Assembly (NCBI GenBank): GCA_964621195.1
Contig: CAZULJ010000002.1
Coordinates: forward strand, 83,665-147,664
Direction: 5' to 3'
From: an uncultured Candidatus Saccharibacteria bacterium
Lineage (GTDB): Bacteria; Patescibacteriota; Dojkabacteria; SC72
Length of the DNA: 64,000 bases
Every line of letters begins with the position of its first letter. The stretch's first letter is position 1. Under the pieces are notes generated by a model. It did no database searches, had not been told where the DNA came from, and saw nothing but the letters and a program-made list of their open reading frames with translations. The position numbers were made by a program, and so were the translations under genes. Of this stretch, positions 1-9,986 are shown piece after piece.

Positions 1-448
1 ATGATGCATTCCCCCAGTTAACTCCATGTTGGTTAGATGCTGCAAATATGTAGTTATACTGTGTGAAGTATTTACCATACTCTAGTAGGTCTTGCATAAA
101 TGGATCTCCCATATTCTGAGTAACAGTAGTATTAGATCCATGGCTATAGATTATTAATATTGGTGGATTCTTACTATCAATATCTGAGGGAACTACAACA
201 TATGCCTGTTGATCATCGATTATTGGAAAATACTCTTTGTATGGTTCTCCTTCTTCTAAAACAATTTCTTCTGGTTGTGGAGTGGGTAAGGTTTCTTCCT
301 CTTTTACTACTTCCTGTGTATTTGTTTGGGAATCTTGTGTGTTTACGAGAAATACTTTGTAGCACATGTATGCAGGAATGACCAAGAGTAATACAAGTAC
401 TATGAATAGTAGTATGTTTATTAAAACATCTTTTATATTACTTCTCAT
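1..448 (-). CDS. membrane-anchored alpha/beta-hydrolase-like protein (5' part only; gene runs off window start)
   Basis: Manual minus-strand translation from ATG at 448-446: MRSNIKDVLINILLFIVLVLLLVIPAYMCYKVFLV... N-terminal TM helix, then PILIIYSHGSNTT (HG-type oxyanion motif typical of esterase/lipase-fold hydrolases). Frame stays open to coordinate 1. Absent from ORF track because no stop codon lies within the window. Confidence 0.4.
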   Translation of the reverse strand, partial: MRSNIKDVLINILLFIVLVLLLVIPAYMCYKVFLVNTQDSQTNTQEVVKEEETLPTPQPEEIVLEEGEPYKEYFPIIDDQQAYVVVPSDIDSKNPPILIIYSHGSNTTVTQNMGDPFMQDLLEYGKYFTQYNYIFAASNQHGVNWGNAS

Positions 449-558
449 ATATTGCCCCACCTAACTTAGTATATCATATCAAGAATTGACATACTTAGTT
501 AATTGAAATATTATTTTATTTAATTGCCCTCGATTTAATATATTATTCTATATACCCA

Positions 559-1314
559 ATGCCTAAAGAAAAGAGTACGGCCCAAGAGAGCAGTAAGGAG
601 ATAGTGTTGAACTTAGACTCATTTGTAGTTCCAATGTCTATCGTTCTTGCTGGTGTAATTATTGCAGGTGCAATATTTTTAACTAACAACAAAGGTACTA
701 CACCAGAGGTTGAGGGTACAAATGATGGTACAAACAATGCAGCACAGGAAGAATTTCCTGCAGCAGAGACTACTATTGCAGATGCTCCATATGCTGGAGA
801 CAAGAGTAAAGCTAAGGTAGCTATTGTTGAATTTACAGATTATCAGTGTCCATATTGCCAAAGGCATGATCAGGAAACAAAGGCAGATATTATCAAGAAC
901 TATGTAGATACTGGAGATGCTATCTATGTATTTAGAGAGTTCCCATTGGATTTCCATGGTCAGATTGCAATTGATAGTGCAAATGCAGCTCTTTGTGTGA
1001 ATGAGATTGCTGGATTTGATAAATTCTATGAGTATCATACAAAAGCCTTTATGGTTGCATCTAAAGATGCTTTAGTAACATTAGCACAGGATATGGGTGT
1101 TGATATGAACAAGTTTAATACATGTTTAACCGAGAACAGATATCAAGATGCAATTGATCAAGGGTTAGAGGATGGTATAGCTGCTGGTGTACAGGGTACT
1201 CCAGGATTTGTAATTGGTGTTTTAGGTAAGGATGGTTCTGTTAAAGGTAAGTTAGTTGCTGGTGCATATCCATATGATTCATTTGCTCAAATTATTGATG
1301 AGTATTTGAAGTAA
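559..1314 (+). CDS. DsbA/BdbD-family thiol:disulfide oxidoreductase (thioredoxin fold, CPYC active site), N-terminal TM anchor
   Basis: 251-aa ORF; N-terminal hydrophobic segment, VAIVEFTDYQCPYCQRH active-site motif, thioredoxin-like length and layout. Confidence 0.8.
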   Translation: MPKEKSTAQESSKEIVLNLDSFVVPMSIVLAGVIIAGAIFLTNNKGTTPEVEGTNDGTNNAAQEEFPAAETTIADAPYAGDKSKAKVAIVEFTDYQCPYCQRHDQETKADIIKNYVDTGDAIYVFREFPLDFHGQIAIDSANAALCVNEIAGFDKFYEYHTKAFMVASKDALVTLAQDMGVDMNKFNTCLTENRYQDAIDQGLEDGIAAGVQGTPGFVIGVLGKDGSVKGKLVAGAYPYDSFAQIIDEYLK

Positions 1315-1333
1315 GGGATATTTCTTGTATATG

Positions 1334-1363
1334 AAAAAGGGGGCGTATGCCCCCTTTTGTTTT
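1334..1363. terminator. bidirectional rho-independent terminator between convergent genes
   Basis: AAAAA-GGGGGC-GTAT-GCCCCC-TTTTGTTTT: perfect 6-bp GC stem, 4-nt loop, flanked by an A-tract on one side and a T-tract on the other. Lies between the stops of 559..1314(+) and 1379..2530(-). Confidence 0.65.
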
Positions 1364-1378
1364 CTAGTGTAATATCTG

Positions 1379-2530
1379 TTACTTCTTTTTGCTTACTACC
1401 TTTTTCTTTGGTGTACTGTTTGTCTTACTTGCTACAAATGCATCATATTTCATTCTAACTACAGCACCTACAGTTACCATACTAAGAAGTAATGAATAGA
1501 AGCCATTTATTAACGGTATGAGTTTTACTACAGAGGTTATCAATCTTCCTACCAGTAATGAAAGATATCTATGGCTGTCTTTCTGATTAAAAAGCTCTAA
1601 GACTTTGTGTCCAATGGCTGCTTCTGTCCAAAGTGTTCCAAAGGTTACTAGGAATACTAATATTCCTGTAATTAGGAATGCTAATGGTGCTCCTACGAGT
1701 GTTAATACTAGTATGAAGAGTGGTAGTGGGATCATGAAGAGTATTAGTAATCCTACTGCAAAGCTTTTAAGTAACTCTTCCCAAGAGGTTACAATCTTCT
1801 TTTCTATCCCCAATGTTTTAACCGGTGCAGAGTAGATTAGTAATACACCTACTATGTACATACCTACAAAACTGATCATTGCTAAACCTAAGTTAAAACC
1901 AAGAAGATCACCCCTTTTGATATCTACTGTTGGTTGTACATTTACCTTTTGGTTGTTTGTTGTTACTACAAAGTCTCCTGCGATATTCTCTTCACTTAGT
2001 GTGTAGCTTTCGGTAGAGAGTAGCATATCTCCAGCAATTTCAGCTTCAGATGAGAGTTGTCCAGTCGCTACTCTTGCGTCATCTCCAATACTTCCCATTA
2101 GCTTTGTTGTTCCAGACGCTATATTTAAATCCTTACCAATATTTGCATCTAGGTCTACCATCATTCCTGCTAGATATACATTCTGTCCTAATGTTCCTTT
2201 TACACTTACATTTGAGCCTGCCGATATTACATTCCCATATATACTCCCCGCGATACTTACAGAGTTACCAAATACATACAGATCTCCTGTTACAGTCCCA
2301 TCTATAGTTATGGTTTGTCCCATGACTATTAAATCTCCATCTACTACTCCTTTTACAATTATATTGTCTCCTGTTACATACAGATCCTCTTCTACTACAG
2401 ATTCTGTGTCTAGTGTATAGTCTCCTGTTTCAAATTGTGCTGCATATGTTTGTATTGGGAGTAATGTTCCTATGGCTACTGCCAATATGGGTAAAAGTAT
2501 GTATTTTTTTATCATTTGATAAATTAACAA
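1379..2530 (-). CDS. beta-helical repeat (bactofilin-like / polymer-forming) protein with signal peptide and C-terminal polytopic membrane domain
   Basis: 383 aa. N-terminal signal-like segment, then about 150 aa of reiterated G-x-V-x-V-x-G-x-(I/V) short repeats (VKGVVDGDLIVMGQTITIDGTVTGDLYVFGNSVSIAGSIYGNVISAGSNVSVKG) typical of bactofilin-type beta-helices. C-terminal third is strongly hydrophobic (about 4 TM). Confidence 0.45.
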   Translation of the reverse strand: MLIYQMIKKYILLPILAVAIGTLLPIQTYAAQFETGDYTLDTESVVEEDLYVTGDNIIVKGVVDGDLIVMGQTITIDGTVTGDLYVFGNSVSIAGSIYGNVISAGSNVSVKGTLGQNVYLAGMMVDLDANIGKDLNIASGTTKLMGSIGDDARVATGQLSSEAEIAGDMLLSTESYTLSEENIAGDFVVTTNNQKVNVQPTVDIKRGDLLGFNLGLAMISFVGMYIVGVLLIYSAPVKTLGIEKKIVTSWEELLKSFAVGLLILFMIPLPLFILVLTLVGAPLAFLITGILVFLVTFGTLWTEAAIGHKVLELFNQKDSHRYLSLLVGRLITSVVKLIPLINGFYSLLLSMVTVGAVVRMKYDAFVASKTNSTPKKKVVSKKK

Positions 2531-2627
2531 AATTTATTTTCCCTTCTAAAATATATCATATATTTTTTACAAAAATATATATGAACAAATTGATATGCGT
2601 AAATCTTCTCAGTAAAATATTACTAAG

Positions 2628-2885
2628 ATGAAAAATAGAAAGTATACAAAGACAGAATTTAGTAAAGGTCCTTCTGAAGCAATTTCTTTTGTAAGAGATG
2701 GTGCAACTCTACATGTTAGTTACAAAAGTACAAAGGAACCAATTCCCGTTATTTCTACTAGTAAGAAAGTCTCTAAGAGAAGTAAAAGGGCTTTTACCTA
2801 CGAGAATTTAAAACATTTAATTGTATCCGAACCTAGGTTTGGTAATAGTGCTGAATATTTTCATAAAGAAAGAAGGAAAATATGA
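2628..2885 (+). CDS. putative type II antitoxin (VapB-like) of vapBC-like pair
   Basis: 85-aa basic ORF whose stop overlaps the downstream PIN-domain gene by ATGA (2882-2885). Gene order and size fit an antitoxin; no fold assignment possible by eye. Confidence 0.45.
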   Translation: MKNRKYTKTEFSKGPSEAISFVRDGATLHVSYKSTKEPIPVISTSKKVSKRSKRAFTYENLKHLIVSEPRFGNSAEYFHKERRKI

Positions 2886-3250
2886 ACGGGTATGTTTTAG
2901 ATACTAGTTTTGTAAGTGCCTTTGGGAATAAAGCAGACTCTAACCATGAAACAGCATTAGAAATTGTAAAAGAATTTGATACAAATTTGCTTATTTTAAT
3001 TCCTGTAGTAGTTCTGGCGGAGATATCACGTATTAAGATATCTAATCTTAGGGAAAGGGCTCTTGATGTATGCTTAGAAACATTTGATAGTATACTTGAG
3101 GTAGAAGAATCAAATATTGAAGAATATTTGGATTCCTCAAAGAAATTACCAAAAAGCTGTACAGCTATTGATTCTCTCCTGTTGTATTTTGCAATTGCAT
3201 ATGATTGTAATTTAGTTACATTTGATAAAGGTTTGTTGAGATTAGTATAA
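2882..3250 (+). CDS. vapC: PIN-domain ribonuclease toxin (VapC-like)
   Basis: 122 aa. MNGYVLDTSFV (first acidic residue), LAEISRI (Glu), AIDSLLL and VTFDKGLL (later Asp residues) match the four-acidic-residue PIN signature. Translationally coupled to the upstream small ORF. Confidence 0.75.
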   Translation: MNGYVLDTSFVSAFGNKADSNHETALEIVKEFDTNLLILIPVVVLAEISRIKISNLRERALDVCLETFDSILEVEESNIEEYLDSSKKLPKSCTAIDSLLLYFAIAYDCNLVTFDKGLLRLV

Positions 3251-3282
3251 TGGGGGAGTAATTAATGTAATTGAGGTGAGAT

Positions 3283-4230
3283 ATGAAATTAGTTATATAT
3301 ATGCCTGCATTGAATGAAGAGGAAGGAATATCTGATGTAATACAGTCATTACCAAAGGATATTGAGGGTATTGAGGAGGTAAAGGTATTGGTTGTTGATG
3401 ATGGTAGTACAGATGATACTGCTAAGATTGCAAGGAGTAGTGGTGCTGATGTAGTTAGTCATGGTGTGAACAAGGGTGTTGGTAGTGCTTTTCAGAGTGC
3501 TGTACAGTATGCGTTGGAAAATGGTGTAGATATATTGGTAAGTATTGATGCTGATAGGCAGTTTAACAGTGATCAGATCCCTCAAATTATTAAACCTCTT
3601 TTAGAAGATAGAGCTGATATGGTAACGGGTAATAGGTTTGAGAAGGGTATTCCTGAGAATATGCCTAAGAGTAAGTATTGGGGTAATGAGCAGATGTCCA
3701 AACTTATCTCTTTAATTAGTGGTCAAAGATTTAGGGATGTATCCTGTGGTTTTAGGGCATACAACAGAGAGGCATTGATGAGATTGAATTTGTTTGGGGC
3801 TTTTACATATACACAAGAGACTATCTTAGATATGGTTTTTAAGGGTTTAAGGGTAGTAGAGTTTCCTGTAGATGTAATATATTTTAAAGAGAGGAAGTCT
3901 AGGGTAGCTGGTAGTATTGTTAAGTATGCTCTTAGAACGTCTAAGATAATTCTAAAGACTTTAAGGGATTACAAGCCTATGCTTTTCTTTGGTGGTATGG
4001 GTGGGATACTGATTGTAATTGGATTGGTTATGGAGATTGGTTTGGGTGTTCATTTTCTTTTGTCAGGGGATTTTACTCCTTACAAGTTTATTGGTTTTAC
4101 TGGGTTTGGGTTTTTAGTTTTTGGTTTACTGTTAGTTATAGTTGGTTTACTTGCAGATATGTTTAACAGAGTAAGGGTTAATCAAGAGAGAATACTGTAT
4201 GAGTTAAAGAGAGAGAGGTATGATGAGTAA
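3283..4230 (+). CDS. GT2 polyprenyl-phosphate glycosyltransferase (DPM1/GtrB/ArnC-like) with C-terminal TM helices
   Basis: 315 aa. LVVDDGSTDDT, SIDADRQF (DxD-type region), C-terminal two hydrophobic helices as in dolichol/undecaprenyl-phosphate sugar synthases. Confidence 0.8.
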   Translation: MKLVIYMPALNEEEGISDVIQSLPKDIEGIEEVKVLVVDDGSTDDTAKIARSSGADVVSHGVNKGVGSAFQSAVQYALENGVDILVSIDADRQFNSDQIPQIIKPLLEDRADMVTGNRFEKGIPENMPKSKYWGNEQMSKLISLISGQRFRDVSCGFRAYNREALMRLNLFGAFTYTQETILDMVFKGLRVVEFPVDVIYFKERKSRVAGSIVKYALRTSKIILKTLRDYKPMLFFGGMGGILIVIGLVMEIGLGVHFLLSGDFTPYKFIGFTGFGFLVFGLLLVIVGLLADMFNRVRVNQERILYELKRERYDE

Positions 4231-5083
4231 TATGAAAATTCTAATAGTTATTGTTAGTTACAATGGTTTAGACTTACTAAAGAGACATTTACCCTCAGTT
4301 CTAAAAACAAATTATCCAGAATACGATGTTTTAGTTGTTGATAACGGGTCTGTAGACGATTCAGTCTCTTTTCTTAAGAAAGAGTATCCCAAGGTAAAGA
4401 TAGTAGAGAATGGAGAAAATTTAGGTTTTGGAAGGGGTAATAACCGGGGAGTATATGAGTATCCAGATTATGATGCCTACGTATTTATAAACAATGATAT
4501 GTCCGTAGAGAGGAATTGGTTAACGGAGTTAGTTAATGTTGTTAAAAAAGAGAAGAATGTCGGAGCTATTGGCCCAAAGATACTCTATTCAAAAAAGAAG
4601 AATGGGAAGTATGTAATAAACTCTGCAGGCATAGAGCTTGATAACCATTTCATGGGTTATGATAGATATGATGGGGAATATGATGATGCAAAGTACAATG
4701 TAATAGAGGAGGTAGAAGCTATATGTGGTGGTGCACTTTTTGTTACGAAGAAGGCTTGGGATATGATTGGAGGTTTTAATTCGCATATGTTTATGTACTA
4801 TGAGGATGTAGATTTATCTCTCAGAATTAAAGATTTTGGATTTAAACTCTTTTATTGTGGAAAGAGTACTGTATATCACGATCATATGGCCTCTTCGGGG
4901 AGCATTGGTAATTTTAGAAGAAACCTTATGAGTATGAGGAATAGGTTTATCAGCATTGTAACTAGACTTGGATTTCTGGTAGGATTAACGGAAACCATTT
5001 GGTATCTTTACCATTGGTTTACTTGGAAATTTATATACTCTAAAAAATTTACTCTAAGGGAATATTTAGGAAAAAAACAATGA
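4220..5083 (+). CDS. GT2 family glycosyltransferase
   Basis: 287 aa. ILIVIVSYNGLDLLKRHLPSV...VVDNGSVDDS GT2 N-terminal signature. Start overlaps the upstream gene. Confidence 0.8.
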   Translation: MMSNMKILIVIVSYNGLDLLKRHLPSVLKTNYPEYDVLVVDNGSVDDSVSFLKKEYPKVKIVENGENLGFGRGNNRGVYEYPDYDAYVFINNDMSVERNWLTELVNVVKKEKNVGAIGPKILYSKKKNGKYVINSAGIELDNHFMGYDRYDGEYDDAKYNVIEEVEAICGGALFVTKKAWDMIGGFNSHMFMYYEDVDLSLRIKDFGFKLFYCGKSTVYHDHMASSGSIGNFRRNLMSMRNRFISIVTRLGFLVGLTETIWYLYHWFTWKFIYSKKFTLREYLGKKQ

Positions 5084-5853
5084 ACAGAAACGATTTAGAT
5101 CTATACAAGCAGTTTGTGAAGACTATCTTCAAGATGAGGTACAAAGGCTCTATACTTGGGTTCCTTTGGGTATTGTTGAAACCCTTCTTTATGTTCTTAA
5201 TTCTGTTTGTCGTTTTCTCTTCTGTCTCCGGGCAAGTAGGAGATCTTTCATCCAAACAATACGCGGTATATCTGTTATCTGGGTTAATCATATATACATT
5301 CTTTAATGAAGGTATTACTTGGGGAATGAATTCTATTATGGAGAGGGCAGATTTGATAGTTAAGATTAACTTCAAAAGAGAGATTGTTTTAATTAGTGCT
5401 CTTACAATGTCTTTGATCAATTTCTGTATTAACTTACTGATAATAGCTATTGTTGCACTTGTATTGAATGTCCAATTCTCACTACTTGGTGTAGGGTATA
5501 TTCTTCTCATCTGTTTAACTATGTTCATTGGTATGTATGGTATAGCCTTTTTTACAAGTATCTGGATGGTCCATCTAAGGGATTTGGCTCATATTTCAGA
5601 GCTGTTACTCCAACTTATGTTCTATGCATCTGCAGTATTCTTCCCAATAGCTATGGTTCCAGAGAAATATCGCTTTATCGTTGAATACAATCCAATAGCC
5701 GTATATATACAATCAGTAAGAGAGGCTTTAATACATCAAGAGATTACAAACTTGACCTTTGTATTAGGTTCACTTCTTCTGGCAGTTGTATTAGTAATTG
5801 TTGGGAAATGGTATTTTAAGAAAAATATTTTAAAAATAGCGGAGTACTTCTAG
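5080..5853 (+). CDS. wzm: ABC-2 type polysaccharide/teichoic-acid export permease (Wzm/TagG-like)
   Basis: 257 aa, 6 predicted TM. N-terminus MNRNDLDLYKQFVKTIFKMRYKGSILGFLWVLLKPFF is classic ABC-2 (Wzm/KpsM/TagG). Immediately followed by the ATPase gene. Confidence 0.8.
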   Translation: MNRNDLDLYKQFVKTIFKMRYKGSILGFLWVLLKPFFMFLILFVVFSSVSGQVGDLSSKQYAVYLLSGLIIYTFFNEGITWGMNSIMERADLIVKINFKREIVLISALTMSLINFCINLLIIAIVALVLNVQFSLLGVGYILLICLTMFIGMYGIAFFTSIWMVHLRDLAHISELLLQLMFYASAVFFPIAMVPEKYRFIVEYNPIAVYIQSVREALIHQEITNLTFVLGSLLLAVVLVIVGKWYFKKNILKIAEYF

Positions 5854-5854
5854 T

Positions 5855-6586
5855 ATGGAGAATACAGCAATTAGTGTAAAAAATGTCAGCAAAGGTTTTA
5901 AAATTCCAGTGAGTGGACATAGTAATACTTTGCAAGAGAGATTTCTTAATCCTTTTAGAAAGATTGAGTACAGAGAATTTCATGCATTAAAGAATCTTTC
6001 CTTTGATGTGGCAAAGGGTGAGTTTTTTAGTGTAATAGGGCCCAATGGTGCAGGCAAATCAACATTACTAAAAATAGTTTCTCAAATATATGTTCCAGAT
6101 GAAGGAAAAGTTGAGGTTAACGGTAAATTGGTACCATTCTTGGAGTTGGGTGTAGGTTTTAATCCAGACTTGAGTGCAAAAGAGAATGTATATCTTAACG
6201 GCACGATCTTAGGTTTAACAAAAAGAGAATTAGATGAATATATTGACGATATCTTTGGCTTTGCAGAGCTAAGAGAGTTTGCAAATATGTCTATAAAGAA
6301 TTTCTCCTCGGGTATGCAGGTCAGATTAGCATTCTCAATAGCTATTAGAGTTAAATCAGATATTCTAATACTAGATGAAGTACTTGCAGTAGGAGATGGG
6401 GAATTCCAAAAGAAGTGTTACAAATATTTTGAAGATATTAGAGGAAAGAAGACAATACTTTTTGTCTCTCATGGGTTGGAGTCTGTTAAGAAGTATTCTG
6501 ATAGGGTTTTGTGGTTGAAGGAGGACAAGACGTATGAGATTGGTTCTGCAGAAGAGATGGTAGAGGGATATAGTAAAACATTTTAA
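5855..6586 (+). CDS. wzt: ABC transporter ATP-binding protein (Wzt/TagH-like) of glycan exporter
   Basis: 243 aa. Walker A GPNGAGKST, signature-like FSSGMQVRLAFS, Walker B ILILDEVLAVGD. Confidence 0.85.
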   Translation: MENTAISVKNVSKGFKIPVSGHSNTLQERFLNPFRKIEYREFHALKNLSFDVAKGEFFSVIGPNGAGKSTLLKIVSQIYVPDEGKVEVNGKLVPFLELGVGFNPDLSAKENVYLNGTILGLTKRELDEYIDDIFGFAELREFANMSIKNFSSGMQVRLAFSIAIRVKSDILILDEVLAVGDGEFQKKCYKYFEDIRGKKTILFVSHGLESVKKYSDRVLWLKEDKTYEIGSAEEMVEGYSKTF

Positions 6587-6597
6587 CTGTACAATCT

Positions 6598-8469
6598 ATG
6601 AAGGTTATAGATATTTTCCAAAGGGTAGTTAATAGATTACCAATATATTTTACTCAGTTTAAAACCCTGGTTAAAAAGCAAGGACTATTTTTCACACTTA
6701 AAAAAGTTTTTAAGAAGATATTTAGGTTTGTTGTTAGTGGTGGTAAAGCATCAAAACTCTTAGATCTTACATATGGTGAATGGATGAGTAATGTTGAGAG
6801 TAAGTATCTAAACACAGAGAGTATGTTAGATGATTTAAAAGAACTCAAGGTTAAACCAAAGTTTAGTGTGATATTTCCTGTTTGGAATAAGTCTGAGGAT
6901 ATGCTTTCTGAGGCTCTGGACTCTATTGTGAACCAAGTTTATGAGAATTGGGAGATATGTATTTCAGATGGATCTACTAAGCGTGTAGAAGAGACTAGGG
7001 AGTTTTTAAGGGAGTTTCAGAGTAAGTACAAGGGCAAGGTTAAGTTCTCAACCATTGATGTAGAGGGTATCAATATTATTGAGAACAGTAACAAGGCTCT
7101 TTCTTTGGCAACTGGAGATTATGTTGTATTTATGGATTGTGATGATGAGATATCTGTTAATTGTTTACTTGAATTAGCTAAAAGTATTAATGAGAATCCT
7201 AAGGTCGAGTTCTTGTACAGTGATTTTGACAAGATAGATGAGAAGGGTAAGAGGTTTGATCCTTCTTTCTGGCCTGATTGGTCTCCACATACTTTAACTG
7301 CACAGATGTATACAACTCATGTAACTTGTTACAAAAAAGAAGTAGTAGAAGAGTTAGGTGGATTAGTTAAGGGTACGGAAGGTGCTCAGGATTGGGATTT
7401 AGTACTTAGGTATGTAACTAGAGGTAAGTGGAATGTAGTACATATTCCTAAGATTCTTTATCATTGGAGAGTGTATCCTGGTTCTACGGCATTGGCTAAT
7501 AGTGGTGCTAAGGATTGGGCGTATGAGAATCAAAGAAAGGTATTAGAGAGGTATTTAGAGAGAAGGAAGTTAAAGGGTAAGGTACTAGAGGGTCCTTTTG
7601 AGGGTAGCTGGAGAGTTAAGTTTGATATTAAAGATAATCCTAAAGTTAGTATTGTTATTCCTACTAAGGACAAGGTTGAGTATTTAAGTAAGGCTATAGA
7701 GAGTATTAAAGAGCATACTAAGTATGGTAACTATGAGATTGTGATTGTAAACAATAGGTCAGAGGAGGAAGAGACACTAGAGTATTTTAAGGAGATTAGT
7801 AAGGAAGAGAATATTAGAGTTATTGATTTTAATCAGCCTTTTCATTTTGGGAAGTTGTATAACTGGGCTAGTAAGGAAGTTGATGGTGAATATATGTTGA
7901 TACTTAATAATGATATTAAGGTGTTAAATGATGGTTGGTTAGAATCTATGTTAGAGTTTGGACAATTACCTGAGGTAGGTAGTGTAGGAGCTCGGTTATA
8001 CTATGAGGATGGTCGGATACAGCATGCGGGTGTAATTGTTGGTGCAGGGGGGGCTGCTGCACATAGTCATAGGTTATGTGATGGTAATGATTTTGGCTAC
8101 AATGGTGCTATTGTTAATGTTAGAAACTATTTAGCTGTTACTGGGGCTTGTGTAATGGTAAACAGAAAGAGGTTTATTGATATTGGTGGTTTTGATACTC
8201 AGTTTGATCCTGCTTATCAGGATGTAGATTTGGGTATTAGGCTTTATGAGATGGGTTTATACAATGTCTATACTCCTTATGCAGAACTTATACATTACGA
8301 ATCTATTACAAGATTTAGTACTAAGGAGAAGTTAGAAAGAGATGAGGAGAATGCACTAAAGTTAAGAAAGAGATGGCCACAATATATTGAATATATGGGT
8401 GGAGATGATCCGTTTTTTAATCCTAATTTTTCATATGCACATGAAGATTTTAGGATTAGAGCTGAGTAA
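6598..8469 (+). CDS. two-domain GT2 glycosyltransferase (tandem GT2 modules; O-antigen/teichoic-type chain-extending enzyme)
   Basis: 623 aa. First GT2 module FSVIFPVWNKSEDMLSEALDSIVNQVYENWEICISDGST...FMDCDDE; second module VSIVIPTKDKVEYLSKAIESIKEHTKYGNYEIVIVNN...LNNDIKV. Paralog of the gene at 14256..16109. Confidence 0.8.
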   Translation: MKVIDIFQRVVNRLPIYFTQFKTLVKKQGLFFTLKKVFKKIFRFVVSGGKASKLLDLTYGEWMSNVESKYLNTESMLDDLKELKVKPKFSVIFPVWNKSEDMLSEALDSIVNQVYENWEICISDGSTKRVEETREFLREFQSKYKGKVKFSTIDVEGINIIENSNKALSLATGDYVVFMDCDDEISVNCLLELAKSINENPKVEFLYSDFDKIDEKGKRFDPSFWPDWSPHTLTAQMYTTHVTCYKKEVVEELGGLVKGTEGAQDWDLVLRYVTRGKWNVVHIPKILYHWRVYPGSTALANSGAKDWAYENQRKVLERYLERRKLKGKVLEGPFEGSWRVKFDIKDNPKVSIVIPTKDKVEYLSKAIESIKEHTKYGNYEIVIVNNRSEEEETLEYFKEISKEENIRVIDFNQPFHFGKLYNWASKEVDGEYMLILNNDIKVLNDGWLESMLEFGQLPEVGSVGARLYYEDGRIQHAGVIVGAGGAAAHSHRLCDGNDFGYNGAIVNVRNYLAVTGACVMVNRKRFIDIGGFDTQFDPAYQDVDLGIRLYEMGLYNVYTPYAELIHYESITRFSTKEKLERDEENALKLRKRWPQYIEYMGGDDPFFNPNFSYAHEDFRIRAE

Positions 8470-8497
8470 AGAATCGACTAAGTTATTACATTCTTAT

Positions 8498-9952
8498 ATG
8501 TATAAAATTATTGAGAATATTAAAAAAGTAGAGTCAAATCATAAAGAGATCCTACTGTTCATTCCTATCTTTTTAATGGGAATTATTTTTACCCTAATCG
8601 TCCCACCATTTCAGAAGGCCGATGAAACTGCTCATTTTTTGAGATCTGTTACGGTTTCACGCGGGCAATTGGTTTGCATGGAGAGTGAAGATGGGAAGAA
8701 GTATTTTGAGTTACCTCAAAAATATTTTGATTACATTAGGAACACAGAAACAAACAGAGTAGCTTTTCATTACGAAGAGAAGTTTCATTTTACAAACCTT
8801 ATCAATGCAGAGAAGAAGGGGCAATCTTCGGAGAAAGAATCGATTTGGGAAGGTTATTGTATGCTACCTTTCATACCATATCTCCCTTCTGCATCTATGA
8901 TTTTTGTAGGTGAAATATTTAATTCGATATCGACATCTTTTTATCTTGGTCGTTTCTCTTCATTTCTGTTATTTTTTTTGTCATTGACTTGGTCATATCA
9001 AAAAATAAAAAAATCGAAGCTAAAGTGGATATTATTTGCTTACGCTCTCATACCGATGGTGTTACATCAAGTTACTGGTATCGGCTATGATAGTACACAA
9101 TTATCGTTGATAACAATTATTTTTGCTTTAAATGTACATTTTGTTGAGAATAAGAATTCAAGCAAAGGAGATTTTAGAATATACATAGTATCTATGATCT
9201 TACTATTGTTAGTAAAGCCTGGATTCTACTTCCTATCCTTGTTATATCTACTTATACCTGCAAAAAAAATTCATAATGATAGAAAGTTTTATATTTTTTT
9301 TACTGTTATTTATTTTGTTTTAAGTTTTGGCTCTGCAGTTTTATTTACCAAGTATTATAGCGAAACAGGTTTATTGGAGGGAACTGGAGGAACAGATCCT
9401 CTGGAGCAACTGAAGTTAGTTTCGGATCCCTCTTTCTTAATCTTCTTAATTAAAAATACTATAGAAACATATTCAGATTTCTACATAAAAAGTTTTATTG
9501 GATTGTTTGGTTGGTTGGATTATGGACTTCATGCTATAACATACATTTTATTTCTGCTATTTTGGATTCTCGTTGCGAGAGAACTTAGAAATTCCGAGTT
9601 TTTCACAAAGCTGAAGTCAAAGATCTTTCTTCTAGGATTGATTCTTTTTTTGTCCATTGGATTTATATTTGGAAGTATATATCTATCTTGGAATACAGTA
9701 GGAAATCCAGTAATCAGTGGTGTTCAAGGGAGATACTTCTTAGTTTTATTTCCATTTGTATTGGTCTTTATTTCTGGAATGATGAAAGTTTTTGAAATGA
9801 ATAAAAGATTTAAATTTTTCTTCATATTACTCGTATTTATTTACCTTCTTCTTGAAATCACGTATGTTATTTATGATAGGTACTACGATTATTCATTACA
9901 GAATATGCATCTTGAGACTTATTCTTTGTGCTTGAACTGTTCCAATGAGTAG
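8498..9952 (+). CDS. polytopic integral membrane protein, possibly GT-C-type glycosyltransferase (DUF2142-like)
   Basis: ORF track gives 8387..9952, but that start overlaps the preceding gene; in-frame ATG at 8498 (MYKIIENIKK...) is the likely start. More than 10 predicted TM segments; periplasmic loop PPFQKADETAHFLRS resembles DUF2142-type membrane proteins that accompany GT clusters. Confidence 0.45.
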   Translation: MYKIIENIKKVESNHKEILLFIPIFLMGIIFTLIVPPFQKADETAHFLRSVTVSRGQLVCMESEDGKKYFELPQKYFDYIRNTETNRVAFHYEEKFHFTNLINAEKKGQSSEKESIWEGYCMLPFIPYLPSASMIFVGEIFNSISTSFYLGRFSSFLLFFLSLTWSYQKIKKSKLKWILFAYALIPMVLHQVTGIGYDSTQLSLITIIFALNVHFVENKNSSKGDFRIYIVSMILLLLVKPGFYFLSLLYLLIPAKKIHNDRKFYIFFTVIYFVLSFGSAVLFTKYYSETGLLEGTGGTDPLEQLKLVSDPSFLIFLIKNTIETYSDFYIKSFIGLFGWLDYGLHAITYILFLLFWILVARELRNSEFFTKLKSKIFLLGLILFLSIGFIFGSIYLSWNTVGNPVISGVQGRYFLVLFPFVLVFISGMMKVFEMNKRFKFFFILLVFIYLLLEITYVIYDRYYDYSLQNMHLETYSLCLNCSNE

Positions 9953-9986
9953 GCTAAGGAATTATTATATTTTAAAATAATATTGA

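Noticed and set aside
160-381. 73-aa plus-strand ORF
   Set aside because: Lies entirely inside the better-supported minus-strand hydrolase-like gene (1..448); it is a shadow ORF.
8387-8497. N-terminal 37 codons of the ORF-track call 8387..9952
   Set aside because: They overlap the 3' end of the preceding GT2 gene in another frame and encode an implausible leader. The internal ATG at 8498 precedes the first TM helix.
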